Source: Rhynchopus sp. YZ270_cl-10 (Eukaryota). From it: a DNA stretch of 64,000 nt. The first letter of the stretch is position 1. The number at the start of each line of letters is the position of its first letter. Of the stretch, positions 58,992-64,000 are shown piece after piece. Below the pieces are notes generated by a model. That model saw only the letters and a list, made by a program, of their open reading frames with translations, was not told where the DNA came from and did no database searches. The position numbers were made by a program, and so were the translations under genes. The stretch is from assembly GCA_964035575.1 (NCBI GenBank), contig OZ037836.1, positions 1,364,001-1,428,000 of the forward strand. Direction: 5' to 3'.

Positions 58992-59918
58992 ATATCATCC
59001 AAAATCTCGCTAGCCGTATACTTTTTCATATTTTTCACTCAGAAATGTGAGATGCATATTTTTTATCGTCTGACACCGGAATTGAACGTTTCGAAACCGC
59101 GCTTTCAAAAGAAATAAAAATCTCAAAAAAATAAAAAAAATATTTTTTCTGAAATGGCCGTGTCAGTTTTTTCTCGTTTTCTTATCGGTGACTCAAGAAA
59201 TAAAGTGTCAACAAACGCCCAAAAAAATTAGCTTGTATGCATTTCCGGACTCCGCCCAAAAAAATAAAAAAAAAATCGAAAACTTTAGTGGAGTTAAAGT
59301 TACATAAAAACCAGACCATGGCTTTAGGTACTAATACAAGGCAAATTCCTTAGCAAAACAGGCCGAGTTCCACACAAAATACTAGTGACAGTCAAAAAAT
59401 TTTCGCGAGACGAAACCGGCGTTGTTTGAATGATATTATGAACCCTCGTTCCAAAGAAAAAAAAATCGAAAACTTTCTTGAAGTTGCGTCAAGGTGAAAC
59501 ATCTTGGTCATTAGAAGGAAAACCCGGGAAATTCCTTAAGGAAATGGGTGTGGTAAGGGAAACCTTAAGGAACCTACTGAAAACCACCCCCCTCACGATT
59601 TTTCTTCAGAATACCACAGGTGCGTAAAAAAAATCGTCCGACCCCGGAATTGAACGCTTTTACACCCGATCTTTCAAAATAAATAAAAATCGAAAAAAAA
59701 TATTGGGCTAATAATTTCCAGGATGTTTGCGGGCACGCCCGCAAGCGTTTGCGACACCGAGGGTGTAATTTTTCCCCCCGAAAATGCGCTTGTATGAATT
59801 TCCGGAGCGATCTGAAAAAATTCCGGGGTCGGACAATTTTTTTAGCGAAAAATGGATAACCTAAAAACCAGACCAAAATCGGGCTTTTCTATACGGCTGG
59901 GCAGATTTTGGATGATAT
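58992..59918. mobile_element. Degenerate TIR element
   Basis: ATATCATCCAAAATCTCGCTAGCCGTATA vs TATACGGCTGGGCAGATTTTGGATGATAT; internal diverged direct repeats. Confidence 0.5.
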
Positions 59919-61909
59919 ACGATTTTTTTCCTTACCAAAAGTGCAAAAAAAGTGAGGTTGCTATTCCTGAGGGGGCTGCAGGCACGGAGGGGCTTTTTTG
60001 AAGAAATGGACTTCAGATTGAAGTATCATCATTGTACTAGCCCAGGGGGCTTCACTGGCTAGGGCTCCAGCAGGTCCCACATGCACTATGCCTGACTCCA
60101 GCACGCAAGGTAGCATTCACAGCACCTTTCACCCCTTCAGGAGGAGTGCACAAAAGGGCACCCGGATGCAATTTTTCACCCATATCAGGACTCACGACTC
60201 AATTTTTTTTGCGAAGCAAAAAAAAAAATAATATAATATGGCGCCGCAGGCGAAAAAAAATTGGGGTACGGTGTAAAAATGTAGCCTTTTACACCCCAGA
60301 GCCACTCAACGAACCCTTTTTTGCGGAGCAAAAAAAGGAAAAATGGCGCCGCAGGCAAAAAAATTTTGGGTACAGCCTGTATGGTACGGGATTTCATGGT
60401 GCGGTCAGCAACCCAGTTCCCCGTGGCTTCGCCTGGAACCTTTGGGTGACATGTCGCCATTTCTTTTGTAAAAAAACTGAGGTTACTGATAATTCGTGCA
60501 CCATGTGTGCCTGGTGCAAATATCAATGAAGTGCCGAACTCCGCCGTTGGATCACCGAGGAACTCTCACATTCCGCCGGAGGCCCCCAACTTGAGCTGGG
60601 GTGGGCTCGATTGAGTTTTCTTCTTGTGACTAGCTTGTCAGCGGAGAAAGCTCGGGAAGCACTAGTAAAAATCACTTTTCTCTCTCTTTTTTTTTTTTTT
60701 TTCAAATGGGTCGATGGTTTTGGCTGAGGCCCGGGAGTTAGGCTGAGGCCTGTTTTCAAAAAGTTCTGTTGACAATCAACAGAACTTTAGTACCTAGCGG
60801 AGTCACTGGTTTTGGTTTTACGTTTCTCTCTTTTTCATACTTCCACTCCTCTCTGTCCTTCTTTTAATGTGCTATGTGTTATAGCCTCTCTGAAAGGCCA
60901 TCCTTGACTACACCGTACCAAATTTGGAAGCAGTTCCGCAAATACAGGAATTCGTCAGGCCCCGGTGTTTTTAGTCAGTGTATTTAGTTATTTAGTTCTT
61001 TCGTTCGTTTTTTTTCTTCTTTCACCATGGCATAGACTGTGTTGTGAAGCGTTGAGAACTTTCAGGAAAACTTGTGAAGAGTTGTGAAGTCCGATACCCT
61101 GGAACACCAATGGGAACATTTTTGCTGATCCCTATACCTTATCCCTGCACTCTATTTTTGTTAGGGTACAGTCCAAGTTTCTATTATGTCGTTTTTACTT
61201 ATGTCGGTTTACCCCCCTTTAGACACCCAAAAAACGACATTATTAAAACCGCCAAAATCAAGAGCGCCATTAATCGCTCCATCGTACCGTGGCTCGCTTC
61301 GCGAGTCACAACCACACACAAACAGATACATTGCTCCCACAAAAGAATACCCAGTTTCATAACCTAAACATGCACTAATGGAGGCTCACCTGGTTTCGCA
61401 CGAGGTTGCAAGTGCAACGGCGGAGGCCAACATTACCCCTTAAACCGCCGTGAAGGCATCCCTGTCCAATGAGGACATTCGTACGCTCACCGACATGGCG
61501 AGAACGACTTCGGCTGCCAGAGCTACGAGGACTTGGAACACCAAGACGGAAAACAAGGAGAAACAAGTAAATGAGCGTCGTTCCATGCAGCGAGCATACC
61601 AAACCTAGTGAAAAGAATGTGGGGTAGTATTTTTTCCACACCCACTCCGCGCCCACTCCCACCCACTCACTCACACTCACTCACACTTACACCCACTCCC
61701 ACTCCAAATGTAGCGTACCGTTTGGCCGGGGGCTCCGCCCCTGGCCAAACTGAAAATAAATAAATAAATAAAGCCCAAAAATCGAAAATCGGCATTTTTT
61801 TCGATTCCGACACACAATAAACGACATAATTAAAACCGACCTAAATAAAGGCGACATAATTACCGCGTGGACTGTAGAACAAGTTTTTTTTTTTTTTTTT
61901 GGTTCCTTA

Positions 61910-62164
61910 CTGGGGGGGGGTCGAATAGTAGATCCCCCCTAAATAGTAGATCCCCCCTGTATAATTTTTTTTCCACATATTACCACAACTACTCAAAACA
62001 TGAAATTTGTTGCTTTATTGGACTCATCGGGCATTTTTGTGACCTGGACATGGGGGTCAGACTCCACTTTCGAGCACCTAAAATAGGGTCAAAAAAATTG
62101 GAGTCTAAAATTTAGGGGGGGATCTACTATTCAAAGGGGGGATCTACTATTCGACCCCCCCCAG
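61910..62164. mobile_element. Tc1/mariner-type MITE (255 bp)
   Basis: TA|CTGGGGGGGG(G)TCGAATAGTAGATCCCCCC TIRs with a duplicated subterminal unit; TA on both sides. Confidence 0.8.
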
Positions 62165-64000
62165 TAATCAGCCCCGCCGCCAGGATTTTGGGTTTTGAAA
62201 AAGTTCTGTTGATGGTCCAAAAAAAAATTTTCGCGCTTCGCGCGAAAATCCCTGCAAAGCTCCTTCTCGTGGCCTCCGGCGGAGAGATGCATGTTCCCCA
62301 AGCCCGGTCAGAGTTCCTCCGAATCAGCGACATTTGCTCTTTCCTCTCACCAGGCTGTACATTGTACTCTTCGGTGGCCGTCCACAAGCCGTAGTGGGTG
62401 TCAGCCTTCTTATCAGTAAGCAGCGGTCATGGTACCCAAAGGTTCCTGGCGAAGCCACGGTACGCAACATTTTTAAAAAATGTTCCCATAAAATGGAACT
62501 GCGCTGGTGGGATACATACTTGCGCCGCAGGCGCACGGTACGCAACTTTTTTTTTTTTCCAACACCCGATTTTCAGGGCCTTCAACGTGTCGAAGTTAAG
62601 CCTTAACTTCGACAACTTTTTTTTTTTGATTTTTTTTTTTGTCGAAGTTCGACAAATCTAAAAAAAATATGGGATTTTGGCAAAATCCTTGTATCTCTGA
62701 CGAAGTTGCAGGGTAGTCCACGGGAGAAACTCGGTTCAGGGTTTTAACTTTAACATTCTCCTGTGATCCACTGTGACCATTTGGACAGAGCTCGTAGAAC
62801 CCAATGAGGAGTGAGCCAGGCAAAAGTAGCGTACCGTGCGCCTGCGGCGCAAGCAGGCATCCCACCCTTCCCATGACATAGTTTGGCTGAAAATAAAGCG
62901 CCATGGTATGCGCAATATTTGAAATGTTGCGTACCGTGGCTTCGCCAGGGACCTTTGTTGTTATAAATGTACTGAGCTTACTGATAAGACTGGTGTGATA
63001 CCCACTACGGCTTGTGGGTCACCAGTGGCTACAAAGCACACGTGTGTGGGACAGGCGGAGTTTTTTGGTTGACCGAGTTTTCAAAAACGACCAAAGCCTG
63101 TATAAACCCCTGATAGCTTCTCCCTGTGATTTGCTGCACCCGCGCGCGCGAAGCGCGCGCGGGCTCGGGGAGGTCAACTTTTTTTTTTTTTTTTTTAAAC
63201 TTCGACAAAACTGTGGACAGACTTTGTCGATGGTTGAAGGCCCTGCCGATTTTGACTTTTTTGGGACGTTTGAGCACTCACCTCTCCATATCTTCTTCTC
63301 CTGAGATTTTTTGACAAGTAGAACGGGTCTGAACCACTCAACAGAACTTTTTTTTTGAAAACTTGGAAAAATCACGTGTCGCAACAGCATATATCCACGC
63401 CACGCCCACCCTCCGCCTAACTTACTTCCATTTCGCGGTCTACGTTGAGATGTCCTACTCCCGCTACCGCTCGTCAGTCAACGAAACGGGTATAATTGGA
63501 ACACAAGGGAGCAAATCCTTGTGCGAAGTAAGTGGGCTCGGTTTTTTTTTTTTTTTTTTTTCCCATTTTCAAAAAGTTCTGTTGACCATCAACAGAACTT
63601 TGCTAGGTGGCGGCCCCCCTGTCCTTAATACTCATTTGTTATATCCTGAAGTCAGATTTTCATTTTTTTTTTTTTAAACTTTTTTCACCACTGGTGCTAT
63701 GGGAAATCTGTCAACGACCTGACAGCGACATGTCAATATCGACCCCTCCCGGAGCACCAACCACCATTTACTCCCCAACTGTTTCTCTCTCTGTGATGTC
63801 GTGTTGACAATCTATGAGAGTCCCCCCTCCCCGTTGCAATGCAAAAAAGGGATCTTGCACACCGTGGCAGCCACAGTATCTATTTGCGTCAAAAATAACG
63901 AGTTTTTAACCACTCGACGGTGTGCACTGTATGTTAGTGGTTTGATCTCTCAAAGTACTTTGGGGGGTGGTGCTCTCCGCCTGATTTTGCCAGAAATTTC

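Overview
Eukaryotic, repeat-rich genomic DNA. The evidence is a GT-AG intron, hAT, MULE and Tc1/mariner-type TIR elements, and KAP-like mitochondrial DNA-binding genes. The gene content suggests a euglenozoan protist, probably a diplonemid, but that is inference only. Left 40 kb: a minus-strand cluster with six paralogues of a ubiquitin-like + 25-aa-LRR gene (four with open ORFs, two disrupted), a Ubl + DUF4116-repeat gene, two copies of a KAP/histone-H1-like HMG-box gene each next to an orphan twin-CX9C exon, and an apparently intact intron-containing hAT transposon. Centre: a ~9.7 kb 38-bp satellite lying at a divergent strand switch. Right: one plus-strand gene (PH/TH1-like ... pseudo-receiver), then MITEs, a foldback element and hairpin-terminated repeats. 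Most notable: two otherwise unrelated non-coding insertion families (three copies) disrupt Ubl-LRR genes. Each copy is flanked by an exact 18-bp target-site duplication and begins at its first base with a hand-foldable HDV-like self-cleaving ribozyme, and the stems covary between the two families. These are candidate ribozyme-headed non-autonomous retroposons. All folds and domain calls were made by eye, with no searches run.
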